Shown: positions 27,117 through 38,961, counted from the first letter of the stretch. The stretch is DNA of 64,000 nt from Anthoceros angustus (GCA_010909165.1 MU008210.1:258819-322818); one strand, 5' to 3'. Program-made: numbers and translations. Notes: generated by a model from the sequence alone, not told the origin.

Positions 27117-27687
27117 GAGGGTGCGCCAGCCTATCGGCACACCCTCTATTTTGTTCTTTCAGTTTTGAGTAGAGTTTGCCGGTAGGCCGGCCTAGCGACG
27201 CACCATCCATTTTATTCTTCATTGTTTTTTTGGTTCTGTGGAGGGTACGCTAGTAGGCCGACGTACCCTCAAAAGAGTGTGCACCGGCCTACCGGTGCCC
27301 TACCACTGTACCCTCCATTTTCTTTTTTATTTGTTTTTGGTTGTTCGCAGAGTGCGCCGGTAGGCCGGCGCACTGTGCTGTGGGTGTGCCGGCCTATTGG
27401 CGCACACTCCATTTTGTTCTTTCTTTTGCTTTGGATTTGAGCAGAGTGCGCCGACCTATCGGCGCACCCTCTATATATTTCTTTCTTTTGCTTTGATTTT
27501 GAGCAGAGGGCGCCGGCCTACCCTCTCTTTTTTTGCCGGTTTGGTTTTGACAAGAGTACAACGCACTCTGGTGTGGGTTTGCTGGACTATTGGCGCACCC
27601 TTCTTTTTTCTTTTGTCGTTTGCATTGGTTTGCGCCCATAGGCCAGCGCACCCATAGTAGAGTGCGCCAGCCAACTGGCACACCCTC
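27117..27687. repeat. Second intronic array of the same hairpin unit, separated by T-rich spacers
   Basis: e.g. GAGGGTGCGCCAGCCTATCGGCACACCCTC, GAGGGTACGCTAGTAGGCCGACGTACCCTC, AGAGTGCGCCGACCTATCGGCGCACCCTCT; about 12 units. Confidence 0.8.
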
Positions 27688-29033
27688 CATTTGTGTCGTG
27701 TGTTTCGCTTTGGTTTTAGGGTGCTCTTGTTTGCTTTTCTTACGCGTGGAGGTTAAACAATGGTTTCATGGCTGCCTCTATTCAGAAACCATCGGATGTG
27801 AATGTGTTGAAGAACCTTCCCAATATTTTCCAGGACTGGATCTTGGCTGCGAAAGCCTGGAAGAAGATGGAAGTGGAGGCTCGACAGTTGGCGGAAAGCT
27901 CAATAGACAATGAGCTGCAGGAGTTCATTGTCCCTGGTTCGGCGAAAAAAATGAGCTATCAGATTTTCAACAGGCCCATGGAGGAGTTGCTTGGTTTTGG
28001 GCGGAAGAGGAACTACACCCTTCTGATCATGGACCTGCCAAGGGGACATGGCTTGGGTTCAAATGATGCTCAGGTGTTATCTCCGGACGTTCTTTTGGCA
28101 ATACTTAATCACTTCATGGAGATCACAACTGCAGAGACATTTCGGGTGGTCGTCCTTCATGGTGCAGATCAGATGGTGGATGTCCGCGAAGCAATGCGCC
28201 GGGGTTGCAAGTCCGGCAAGATGTTGACATTTGTCTGGGAGAAGACTAATGTTAGGGAAGACAATCAGGTGTACAACAACTCGGATTATATTCGTGGGTT
28301 CAGTTTGAAGCCGTGTTGAACTTTCAAGCTGCGCCTGTTGCCTTTGGCATCACATTGGGGTACCAAGGCATGGGTTCCGTGATCAAGTGCGACGATTGTG
28401 AAGAAGCTGGTGTACTCGGCAATGGATAGGAGAGTGGTTTCTCCGTGCAGCGGAGTGATGTCCACACTCATCCAAACCTTCTCCATAGGAGGCGGGTTAT
28501 TGACGGGTTTGCGGGAGTGGCTCGGCGGCTTTGGCTGCCTGGAATGGGAGAAATGTGATAGCGGTGGATTCGGACCACCGTTGTGCAATGTTCATCACCC
28601 AGCGCATAGTCGGCTATCATGCTTTCCCAAACGTCAATGAAGAACTAAATATGCTTCCGTTTAAGCGTGGGAAAGGATCCTTTTGGCCAAAGGAGATCTG
28701 TCTGGGGATGAACCTTATTCCTTGTGGGGTGTCATTGAACATGGTTTCTAAACGCCCGCCCTACCATAGTCTGCTAGTGTTGGAGGCGGTCAAATCACTC
28801 GAATAGGGCTTCGGATGTGCAAGGTGACAAGGATGGCGAGGAAGATGAAGTGAGGCTCCTCCGAGCTGTGGCACCAATGATCGACTTGGGTGCTGATTTG
28901 GACGACTTGGGAATGACAAGGTGGTCGTTCAAAACACAGGACCAAAACATGGAGGATGCTTCGATGCGGACGGGAGAACCCTTCTTTGTCTGTGGACATA
29001 CCCATCAAGTATTGCGGGCTTTAGGGTTATCCT

Positions 29034-29203
29034 AGTTATAAATGAGCAGACCACATTGGTTACCTCTAACTAGGCCTAAGCTATTAATGTAGTTACACAA
29101 CCCTTCGTAATTGTTTAAATGCCCACCTATGATCCAGAAAATTAATTCATTGTTAATATAGCTTCTGTTTGATGCAAGACACTTCCGCATGGCACCTCTA
29201 ACT
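29034..29203 (+). mobile_element. 5' LTR (170 bp) with AGTTA...TAACT termini
   Basis: Similar to 22059-22249 at both ends (AGTTA.AA.T...ACC.C.TTGGTTA; CTTCCGCA..GCACCTC.AACT); directly followed by a PBS. Confidence 0.75.
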
Positions 29204-29215
29204 TGGTATCAGAGC
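29204..29215 (+). promoter_or_regulatory. Primer-binding site, initiator tRNA-Met
   Basis: TGGTATCAGAGC, the canonical plant iMet PBS. Confidence 0.9.
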
Positions 29216-30239
29216 AATGATCCGCCCCGGACTTGCTTGCTATCTCTTTCTTGCTGCTTCTAGTATAGGGAAATAGGAGATAGCATATCATATTAAATTT
29301 GTGATGTTCTTAAGAGTATTATGGACCCTTATGGTCTATGGTTTACGTCTTAGGAATATAAAGATGCAAATGATATGCATAAGTTCAAGTAAGCAAATTT
29401 ACAAGATAAGGTTTTCTTCAATAGAGTATTCTCTTAGGTAGATTCAGATGCTAGTCTAATTAGAATTTCTAATCAACAAGAAACGTATCTCTCTAGATCT
29501 AAAATTCTTCAAGAGCATGTTGAGGCACATTCCCCATCCACGTCCTGATCCGTTCCCTGGACGCTTAATCGTGGAGTTCCCTTAGAAACCGTGGAACTAC
29601 CATGCTACTCTTGTAGCTTACATAAACATAGGCTACAAATACACAAGACGGAAAACAACTCTATTTTCGTGATTTCAGGGGTTGCTGAATATGGGTTTAA
29701 GAACCCACCTTTGGGACCTTTGCCCGTATCGCTTCTCCCAATTTGCGACCTTCGCCTTGCTAGATTTCAATCAATTCACAGCGAGCGGATGGCGTAAATT
29801 GACGCTCAAACATAGGATCCAGGCGAAGATTTGATGACCTATAATGCTCCAGAGGGTGTACGCATCCTTGCACCAATCAGCAGTCTTCTACCACTTTCTT
29901 TGGCAGGGCTCAAGCACCCAGAGAAATCCAGTTGCTTTTTAATCTGGCTATCAAGAATTTGTTGGCTCGCTTTCGGCATCAAGGCTGGTTGGCAGCCCAT
30001 AGAGCAGCACAATCACCGGATGGCTCTCATTGCATTCCTTACCCTACTGCCCAACCTGTGTTTCCCACATGAGTGGCGCAACCGATACTAGCTTGCTGAT
30101 TTCTCTCTCGGCTTGTTCATTTGGAGGATCCAACCGCCCAATGGGATCTCCCTCCTTACTCAGATACAGAGGAGGACACCTTCTGGGATGCCCATCCAAG
30201 CCTCTGGTGGTTGGAGGACCTTCTTATACAGGAGCATCT
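29216..30239 (+). mobile_element. Degraded 5' internal region (UTR/gag-like remnant) of the PBS-bearing element
   Basis: Follows the PBS; broken coding-like stretches at 29830-30230 (e.g. PYSDTEEDTFWDAH); no diagnostic motif. Confidence 0.4.
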
Positions 30240-31707
30240 AGTTTGAGGTGCTTTGCGGAAGCGTTTGATCAAAGTTTAGTGCTTTACTAATTGATACAAT
30301 GATTACAAGAGGTGGGCTTTTATAGCCTGTATGAAGAGTTGTACCTCTTGATTACAAGATACCAAAGGGTATGACCACTGGGTTAAGCTAAGCTAACCAT
30401 AACCAACGCGTGCACTTCTAACTCTCCTCTCACTAGTTGGGTTATCTAATCAAAGAACTAATAGTCATTTGCTGGAGTATTGTATAAGTACTACGGTCTT
30501 CAACTAAACTCAACTCACCGATCGTCACGGTCACAAGTAAGATTGAAGCAAGCGGTCTACAATAGCTGTCAACTTCAAGTAATCGAACGCTCGAGATAAG
30601 ATCGCCTCACCAAATGTGTGGTGGTCCAGCTCTGATCAACCAATCCAAGCCCTTCTCTGTGGAAGCAGTGTTTGAACTTCGGCAAGGTTTTTGTCAGTAT
30701 ATCTGCTATATTTTCGTCTGTGGGTACATACTGTACCTTAATAATTCCTCAGCAGCGTCACGAATATAATGGTGTTGAATCTCAATATGCTTTTGCGGAA
30801 GCGTTTGATCAAAGTTTAGTGCTTTACTAATTGATACAATGATTACAAGAGGTGGGCTTTTATAGCCTGTATGAAGAGTTGTACCTCTTGATACAAGATA
30901 CCAAAGGGTATGACCACTGGGTTAAGCTAAGCTAACCATAACCAACGCATGCACTTCTAACTCTCCTCTCACTAGTTGGGTTATCTAATCAAAGAACTAA
31001 TAGTCATTTGCTGGAGTATTGTATAAGTACTACGGTCTTCAATTAAACTCAACTCACCGATCGTCACGGTCACAAGTAAGATTGAAGCAAGCGGTCTACA
31101 ATAGTCAACTTCAAGTAATCGAACGCTCGAGATAAGATCGCCTCACCAAATGTGTGGTGGTCCAATGCAAAAGCTCTGATCAACCAATCCAAGCCCTTCT
31201 CTGTGGGCAGTGTTTGAACTTCGGCAAGGTTTTTGTCAAGATATCGCTATATTGTTGCGCATACTTTACCTTAATAATTCCTCAGCGTCACGAATATAAT
31301 GGTGTTGAATCTCAATATGCTTCGATGCGCGCATGAAAGACCGAATTAGCGACAAGAGCAATGGCGACATATTGTCACAATTAAGCACTATTGGTCCTTC
31401 CTGCTTCATATCCAAATCTTCACATAGCTTTCTTTCCCATTCAGCCTCTTCGTGGCTTGAGTGCTTTGTACTCCGATTACATTGATGAAAGTGCAGCTTG
31501 TTTTGTACAAGACCAATTAACAAGAGTGGAGCCAGCAAGAAAGCAATATGCTGAGATACTTTTTCGGGTGTCAGCGTCTGAAGCCCAATCTACATTGACA
31601 AAGCATGTCAGTAGCAGATGCTTCTTTGCGCTAGGCTTGTAGCAGAGGCCATACTTTGGAGTACCCTTGAGGTACCGCATGATGCACTTGAGAGAAACCC
31701 AGTGATC
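30240..31707 (-). mobile_element. Copia (same family as 19230-22249), reverse: RT-end/RNase H, 3' UTR, PPT and AG...CT LTR (30240-30423); 3' part duplicated at ~30790-31330
   Basis: Reverse complement matches 21285-22249; [31 protein letters not shown]. Confidence 0.9.
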
Positions 31708-31970
31708 CCCTACTAGAAAAGGGCAGCCTATGTTACACTTTATGTTAAGATTTGGACCCTTGGATATAATCATGTTGCAATTTTGGGGCCATGTAACACT
31801 TTTGGGGCTTGTTACACTTTGGCTTGGAAACCAGACCACGGCTGTTGTTGCAATCATGTTGCAATTATGTTAAGATGAAGTGAGAGGTGCTTTTGCACTA
31901 TCTCAAGATTGCAACATGATTGCAACATCTAAAGTGTTACAAGAGAGGTCTCGTAACACTTTTGTAGGCT
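31708..31970 (+). mobile_element. Probable CACTA/CMC (En/Spm) DNA-transposon terminus
   Basis: Starts CCCTACTAGAAAAGGG exactly where copia homology stops; TGTTACAC/TGTTGCAA subterminal repeats follow in both orientations. Confidence 0.55.
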
Positions 31971-32405
31971 TGGTACCGAACCTCCTCCCCATCCACCATT
32001 GCACTTTTACTTTTGCCCTATGGAATACCACGTTTTACTTGGTAGTTACCATTGGTACGCAATACGACCACATATAAATACTTGTATCAATACATCCTTC
32101 ATACTATATGCATATAATCTACGGTGATAAATGTACTATATTATTTTAAGTGCTATACTGCCGTATTCAATTTCGTATAAAAGAAGTTTGTATATCACGC
32201 GTGTTACGTACGTACACTGGTCTGTACATATTCATGATACGATACTTTGTATTTACTATTTGTGTAAATATCGATGGCCCTTTATACCCCTACTTTGTAG
32301 CATACCGGCATGCGGTTTGTCCTTCCCACGTCACCAATAGCCATCGGCTTCCTGCCGTGGCACCCACGAAGATACTGTCCCCACCTATCACCTTATTGTG
32401 ACGCA

Positions 32406-34500
32406 TCACTGTGAGGTTATGGCCCTACAAGATTGTGCTATGCGGAGGCGATTTGGTATGCGCCGGCTTATGCTTTTCTGCCTCCATCTAAGGCACTTCC
32501 TACTCGTCATCGTATGCACATATAGGAAACTTCCGCCCTCCCGTTCGATTCGCAATTTTCTTCTTCCCCTCCCGCTTGCGTTCGGCCGAGGCAAGCTTTG
32601 CCATTTCCATCGCTTCCCTCCCTGCCTTCTGCAGGCACACTTTGCACATACAAACCAGCTTGCCCATCATGAGTTATCCAGCGTTAATGGGTTTCGACAG
32701 CAAGCTGTCCATTTGCCTTACCTTGCTTGCAATCCCTCCTTTTTTCTTCTGCCCTTCTTGCTGGACATTTTCCTCTTCTGTCCTCGTTCTTCCGGTTGTC
32801 GCAGCCCGTGCCCTTGTCACTCGCCCACCGCCGGCTGCCTCCTCTTCTCCTCCTCCCGTTTTCCTCTTTCGGCCTCCACCCTTTATCACATGTGGCGTTG
32901 CCTCAACTGGGGCTCCACTGTGCAGGTCCATGCTCTCAGCATCCGAGACTGCAAGGTATGTGTCTAGCACGAAATTAGGCACATCGTCCACTTCAGCACC
33001 CGCCTCCTCTGCTGCGTCCGTCCATGTTCTCTGCAGCGTTCCCCCCACATCCTGTCCCCCCCTGGCCTCCATCTGTGCACTGGCCTTTGCCGATATCAAA
33101 TGCACCTGCATGATGCCCTCTTAGTCCTCCATCATTCTCTCTCCCCCTCGACAACTGCCTCATGTTTATTACGCCTTTTGCCCGACCATGGGCACCTTGG
33201 GCAGCAAGCTTTGCCATTTCCATCGCTTCCTCCCCGCCTCCGCCACCCGCTCCTCCCAATCCCCCGTGATTTTTGGCTGTCCATAGTGCACACAAGTGTG
33301 TTACTTCACGTGACGGCAGTCGCCCTCGTGCTCCGACCCGACTCTGCTGCACACACCATCTTCCGCCTCCATCGGCTTCCGCCTCCATCGATCCTAGTGG
33401 CCTCCACTCTCCGCATACAAAGGGTGACCCTACATAGGTAATACATGTATGTTAAGGTAGTACATAGGGTGATAAGGGTGACCCTATATAGGTAGGACAG
33501 GGTCCCTGCATGTATGTAGGTGGGTAGGACGGTGTGTGTCCCCCATCCTGTCCCCCGGCCTCCATCTGCACCGGCCTTTGCCGATATCAACTGCTCTGCA
33601 TGATGCCTCTTAGTCCTCCATCATTCTCTCTCCCCTCGACAAGCTGCCTCATGTTTATTACGCCTTTTGCCCCTCGCCCACCATGGCCTGGCTGATCCAC
33701 TGTTGTCCGTCCTTCGCCACCCGCTCCTCCCAATCCCCCTGTGATTTTTTGGCTGTCCATAGTGCACACAAGTGTGTTACTTCCTGGTGACGGTATAGTC
33801 ACCCCTCTCCGTGCTCCAACACCCGACTCTTGCCCTGCACACACCTTCTTCCTGCCCTCCATCGGCGTCGTCACTCCATCTGAACCCAGCGGCCTCCACT
33901 CTCCGCATACAAAGGGTGACCCTACATAGGTAATACATGTATGTTAAGGTAGTACGTAGGGTGATAAGGGTGACCCTATATAGGTAGGACAGGGTCCCTG
34001 CATGTATGTAGGTGGGTAGGACGGTGTGTGTCCCCCATCCTGTCCCCCGGCCTCCATCTGCACCGGCCTTTGCCGATATCAACTGCTCTGCATGATGCCT
34101 CTTAGTCCTCCATCATTCTCTCTCCCCTCGACAAGCTGCCTCATGTTTATTACGCCTTTTGCCCCTCGCCCACCATGGCCTGGCTGATCCTTGTTGTCCG
34201 CCTCCGCCACCCGCTCCTCCCAATCCCCTGTGATTTTTGGCTGTCCATAGTGCACACAAGTGTGTTACTTCACGTGACGGATAGTCGCCTCTCCGTGCTC
34301 CAAACCCGACTCTGCTGCACACACCTTCTTCCCGCCTCCATCGGCCGCCACTCCATCTCGATCCTAGTGGCCTCCACTCTCCGCATACAAAGGGTGACCC
34401 TACATAGGTAATACATGTATGTTAAGGTAGTACATAGGGTGATAAGGGTGACCCTATATAGGTAGGACAGGGTCCCTGCATGTATGTAGGTGGGTAGGAT
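32406..34500 (-). repeat. Accessory-ORF-like remnant with a ~492-bp unit triplicated (~33045-33540, 33541-34032, 34033-34500)
   Basis: Unit start CCCCATCCTGTCCCCC repeated; translations recur (ISAKAG, HLCALWTAKNH, VINMRQL). Confidence 0.75.
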
Positions 34501-34671
34501 GAGAGTGTCTCCCTACCCATGTAGGGTGTTAACAAGTAGGGGAGAGATGTAGGTAGTATGTAGGGCAGCCCTGGTCACCCCACATGGGTAGCATGTGGGG
34601 CAGCAAGGGCTCCCTACATTTAGGGTAGTTAGGTAGGTAGATGGGTAGGATGAGTGTCTCTCTCCCTACCG

Positions 34672-34858
34672 TAGGGAGTGGTGAGGTCTCCCTACCATAG
34701 GGAGTGGTGAGGTCTCCCACCGAGGGAGTGGTGAGGTCTCCCCTCGAGTGGTGAGGTCTCCCACCGAGGGAGTGGTGAGGTCTCCCCTCGAGGGAGTGGT
34801 GAGGTCTCCCTACCGTAGGGAGTGGTGAGGTCTCCCTACCATAGGGAGTGGTGAGGTG
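34672..34858. repeat. ~20-26-bp minisatellite (AGGGAGTGGTGAGGTCTCCCTACCRT), about 8 units
   Basis: Directly visible head-to-tail units. Confidence 0.9.
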
Positions 34859-35611
34859 GGGTGCGACACCCTTCATGGGCACCTTGGGCAGCAAGCTTTC
34901 CAGATTAGGCAGAGGACGGTGGAAATGGTGCCATGGCAAGGAATGAACGGCCTACATCAAGTAGTTTCAATGTCACTACCAAGGGGCCATGTGAGCTTGG
35001 TGTGTAGGGAGTGGCACCTAGGCAAGCTTGTGAGGAATCGCGAGGAAGAGCTTGTGCATGCAAGGGGGCCAAGCTGCAAGGACGAGGTTGGTTCCGGAGG
35101 AAGCCAGGTATGGATGTCATGAAGGGTTTTTGAAGGACAAGGAAATCCCAAGCTTATGAAGCACATGGTGGTAGTTTGGAGTGTGAGCTTGTTGCTGGAA
35201 ATATTGGGCGTGGGACTGTGTGTGTGAGGCTTGCAGTAATTGTGGAGGGGTGGAGTGCAAACCACGGGAAGAGCATGGGTCTCTTCTCCACCAAGCTTTA
35301 GATTTCATGATGTTGAGTGTGTGGCTCAGAGGAGCCAGCTGTGGAATTATGCGGGAGCGCCGTTGTGGAGTCAATGCTGAGGCAAGTGGAGGATTTATGG
35401 TAGATTGGTTAGGATTTGGAGTGAGAACTCTTAGGATTTTGGCGCGCAGCTCAGGCTGTTACTTATTGTTAAAATAGGGAGATTGGAGAGTTTTCTAGGC
35501 TGATTGTCATGATGACTGAAAGCGAGTGGGGTAGTGGTTTTAATGCTGGCTTTAGGCGGCTATTAGTTTATAGTGGTTGAGGAAGAACGTAGTGGAAAAG
35601 TAAGGGGGAGG

Positions 35612-37107
35612 TGTGGCCAAGGGGAGGCCTTATGTATGAGCCCTATATAAGGGGCAGGTTTTGAGAAGAAAAATATCGCGTCTTGCGCTCCCAAACTCGC
35701 GAGTCCTTTGCTCCTTGTGAAGGAATTTCGTGCCGGCTGCAAGCTAACGCAGTGTCTGGTAGAGAGGGAGTTTGCGGTGGTCGGAGTGCTTGGCGGAGGG
35801 CTCGCTCCTTGCGGGCGCCTCTGCAGGTTGCTCCCCTTGTGAATGGTTGCTGTGAAATTGCTTTGCTTTGGGTGTGTGGCGATGCCCAAGGAACTCTCGG
35901 CTTGAGGGTAGACTACAGGGAAAGACTCCCTGGAGGTTCTCGCTGTCTGGTGCAAACTCATAGCAACCTGCCCAAGGAAGAACTTGCTAGCTTGTAGGCA
36001 GACCCCAGGCAGTTGTGCCGTAAGGGCGAGCTAGGGCCAGTGAGCTTGAAGTAAGGTTAGATTAGGAGGATGAGGAGTTGAGTTGAGGTGAGTGTTGAGG
36101 AGAATGTGGAGCTGAATGTTGAGTAGAGGAGTAGGTAGAGATTAGGAGTAAGAAGAAGGCCCAAGTCAGAGCCTAAGGGAGGGGTCCCAAATCTGCACCA
36201 AACCGAGACTGGAAGCTGGGCTAAGGTCTCAAAATCACGGGGTGGAGAAGTCGCTGCCGTAGGGGGTCCCTATGTGCGTAGGCGATGGACCTACCGCCGT
36301 CGGGTGGGACCTACGTAGGATGTCGTTGTAGGTCCAGGACCGGAGATCTGACGGAGAAAAGTGCGGAGGTGTCGTGGCTGCTAGTGTGGAGTTTTGTGGG
36401 CGCGGGTTGTAGTTGGGCGCCATGGCACGGAAGTTGGAGGCCTTGAACTAGGGCGAGGTAACCTATCTTTGCGCCGCAGTGCGACCCTACCGGTGGTAGG
36501 ATGCGCCCCTGCGTGCGTTGGGATAGGGTGTCTCCTCCCCACGTAGGAATGAGGGTGTGCTGGCCCACAGTGCACTAGATCTCCTACAACTCTCCTACAA
36601 GTGGTAGGAGGGGTAGGCCCTACAATTGTTTGTTGTTGGTTGTAGGTCCTGAGGCGATTCGACGGAGCAGCGCGGAGGCGGCGCGGCTGCTGCCAGAGTT
36701 GGTGGTTGAGGATGTGCCAATTGTGGGAAGGCAATGGGAAAGGAATAGTGGAAGATCACGGGGTGGTGAAGTCACGTTGCAACGTAGGGGGTCCCTATGT
36801 GTGTAGCCTGTTGACCTACTGCCGTGGGGTGTGGACCTATAGTCATAGGGTGTCGTTGTAGGTCTGGAAGCGGTGATAAACAGAGCAGCACGGTGAGGCG
36901 TGGTTGCTGTCTGTGGAGTGAGTTGAGGTTGCTCCAGTTGTATGAGGGAGCTTGGGGGTGTGAAGAGGTGTGTGGTTTGTGCCTTGGATGCTGGTGACCT
37001 GACAAACAAGAGTCTCATGGGACAAAACCTATTGTACTTAGCGACAGTGGGATAAGTGTGGCCACTAGAGGGTGAATCTCGAAAGCCCCCGGGGTTTTCC
37101 TCCCACA
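35612..37107 (+). mobile_element. Family-A gypsy LTR, TATA-containing 3' portion ending CCTCCCACA; true 5' end unresolved
   Basis: TATATAA at ~35645; homologous to 46645-47981 (reverse) and partly to 55441-56369. Confidence 0.75.
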
Positions 37108-37934
37108 AATGCCTTGAAAGAACTTGGTGAGGCACATCCGCGAAGCTATCGTGGAGTGCAGTGGGTTCCCCCCTCCCCCCTCGTGACGGCCCCTGGAGTC
37201 AACTATACCTTGACGAGTATGGAACTCAGCGCCGCGCATTTTGGCACAAGAACGAAGGCAGTATCGAAATCAACTTCAACAATGCAAGGAAGAGTGCAGC
37301 TACCCAGCCAGCCGAGAATTCATGAAAAATTTCATATCGAAATTTGAAGAATCCACAATTAGACCAAATTGCAGTTTACGCTATCAATTCAAACGATGAA
37401 GGGAATTTTCAGCTACATCAATTCCTTCTTTGATCAATATTACATCTGCCCGAGTTGAAGTCATAATTTCTCAGTTGTACACACGCTAAGATCTCTTCTT
37501 GTCTGCGTTACAAGACATGGAGAAAAGGCTGCAGCACGGTATTACAGTCGATTCGACATTGATCGGGAATTCAACGCATTCTGAGTTCTGCGCTCCATGG
37601 ATCTTACCTCTTCAACCACACAGAGCTTGGGGCACCACGGGCATGCTCGTCCTTACAACGCTGTTCCATGATTCTTCTCTGTGGATGGAGGGCTTTATGC
37701 TCCATTGCACTTGTTGCAATCCGTTGCTACTCAAAATTCAAAGGGTGCCTTGTGGCTACATGCATTCTAGCTTTCGCTGATTGGTGGCTTATTAGTTTCC
37801 TTGCCACATGATAGTTTAACCCTAATTCAAAAACCATAACTAGAGTTCACATTAGGGTTAGTTTTTCACATGCTTACCACGACTTCGCTTGCTTTTCTCT
37901 TGTGCACTTGCATGGTCTCCCCTTCCTATGACCA

Positions 37935-38500
37935 TCATGGCAGCCTCAACTTCATCTTCCACTATGCCATCACCACACAAACCTCCCTACCTGTCCCTCC
38001 CGGCTCCACCCCGCATTCACCTCGAGTTAAAGGAGCGTGATCAATTCAATGGAACAAAATTTGACATTTGAGAGTTAGGATGAAATCTACCACAGTTGCA
38101 AGAGGAGTTTGGGAAGTTGTTGGTGGGGCCTTGCACGATCCTGGTACCGAACCCCACCACTGGTCTTTGTAGTGACAATTGCACAAAAGGCCGATGGGAT
38201 CAACTTAAGATTGCCTTCGCCTTGCTCATTGCTAGACTTGATGCTGATCTCGTCCACGAGTGGAGTTTCTTAGCAATGCACATGAGATCTGAGTCAACTC
38301 ATCGAGACATACAAGGTTCAAAATATGATGACCCTGTGTGCTGCTCGACAAGAGTTCTACAATCTCAAGTTGAAAGAAGGAGAACCTGTCACCACATTTT
38401 TCAGCAAATTCCGGCACTTACGTGCCCAGCTGACTTCCCTTGGCAGCACCATGCAAGAGGTCGATGTAGTGGCCCAGTTCCTCAGTAGTAAAACGATCTG
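37935..38500 (+). pseudogene. Copia gag (UBN2-type) remnant
   Basis: MAASTSS...ELKERDQFNGTKFDIW, followed by broken copia-gag-like frames. Confidence 0.5.
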
Positions 38501-38961
38501 AAGATCTCACACGGCGGTGCAAGGAAAGGGAAGAAGGCAAGCATGCGGTAGGAAGGAAAAACAGAACAACGGTTATCTCACACTAGAGCACATATACATA
38601 AGAGTGTGTAGCAGTTGCGTAACAAATAACTGAACATAAGTCTATATAATTGTAACCCTAAGTGAACTTAAGGTAGAAAAGTATTGGGGTTTTCTTTACT
38701 CCCTCTTAGACGTAATGTTTAGATATTTAATTAAGGAAACACGAGGAACATCAAGGCATCACGCCAAGATGGTAACACGGGCTTCTCACTCAAGCATCAT
38801 TGCACATGAACCTTTACGTTCAGCTCCCTCTTACACTCCACTCCCGCCAGCTCCTTTCTATATCACCGCTGGCGCAAATGGACAATCTCTATCTCTACAC
38901 CAGTCTCCTTACTTGCGCCCAGTTTGTCATCTTCATCTGCTGTAGAGTCTAGATAGGCCTG

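Larger units (their letters stand above)
23914..29033 (+). pseudogene. Multi-exon gene: acidic/low-complexity region, ParB/sulfiredoxin-like domain and beta-class amino-methyltransferase-like domain (paralog 1); frameshifted, cut at the 3' end by an LTR insertion
   Basis: Introns 24809-25296 (GTGAGT...CCAG) and 26993-27785 (GTAAGT...TTCAG), both phase 0. RRID...LPILVMVDP...VLGGNH (26185-26202); YTLLIMDLPRG (28032-28046); TFVWEK; MSTLIQTFS-G-VIDGFAG(S)GSAALAA-NGRNVIAVDSD...FITQRI (28460-28600). 5' boundary uncertain. Confidence 0.7.

Noticed and set aside
27117-27687. CRISPR-like look of palindromic repeats with spacers
   Set aside because: Repeats are degenerate and occur in both orientations; spacers are low-complexity T-rich and variable in length; they sit in spliceosomal introns and there are no cas genes.
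29204-29215. tRNA genes at the tRNA-complementary tracts (also 44469, 46625, 56375)
   Set aside because: Only 12-18-nt 3'-end complements next to LTR ends, i.e. primer-binding sites; no cloverleaf.
34672-34858. Second CRISPR candidate
   Set aside because: Head-to-tail minisatellite with no unique spacers.
38530-38710. A fourth AG...CT LTR (minus strand, after AAGAGGG)
   Set aside because: The start could read AGTAAAG, but no far end, second copy or PBS fixes the boundary.
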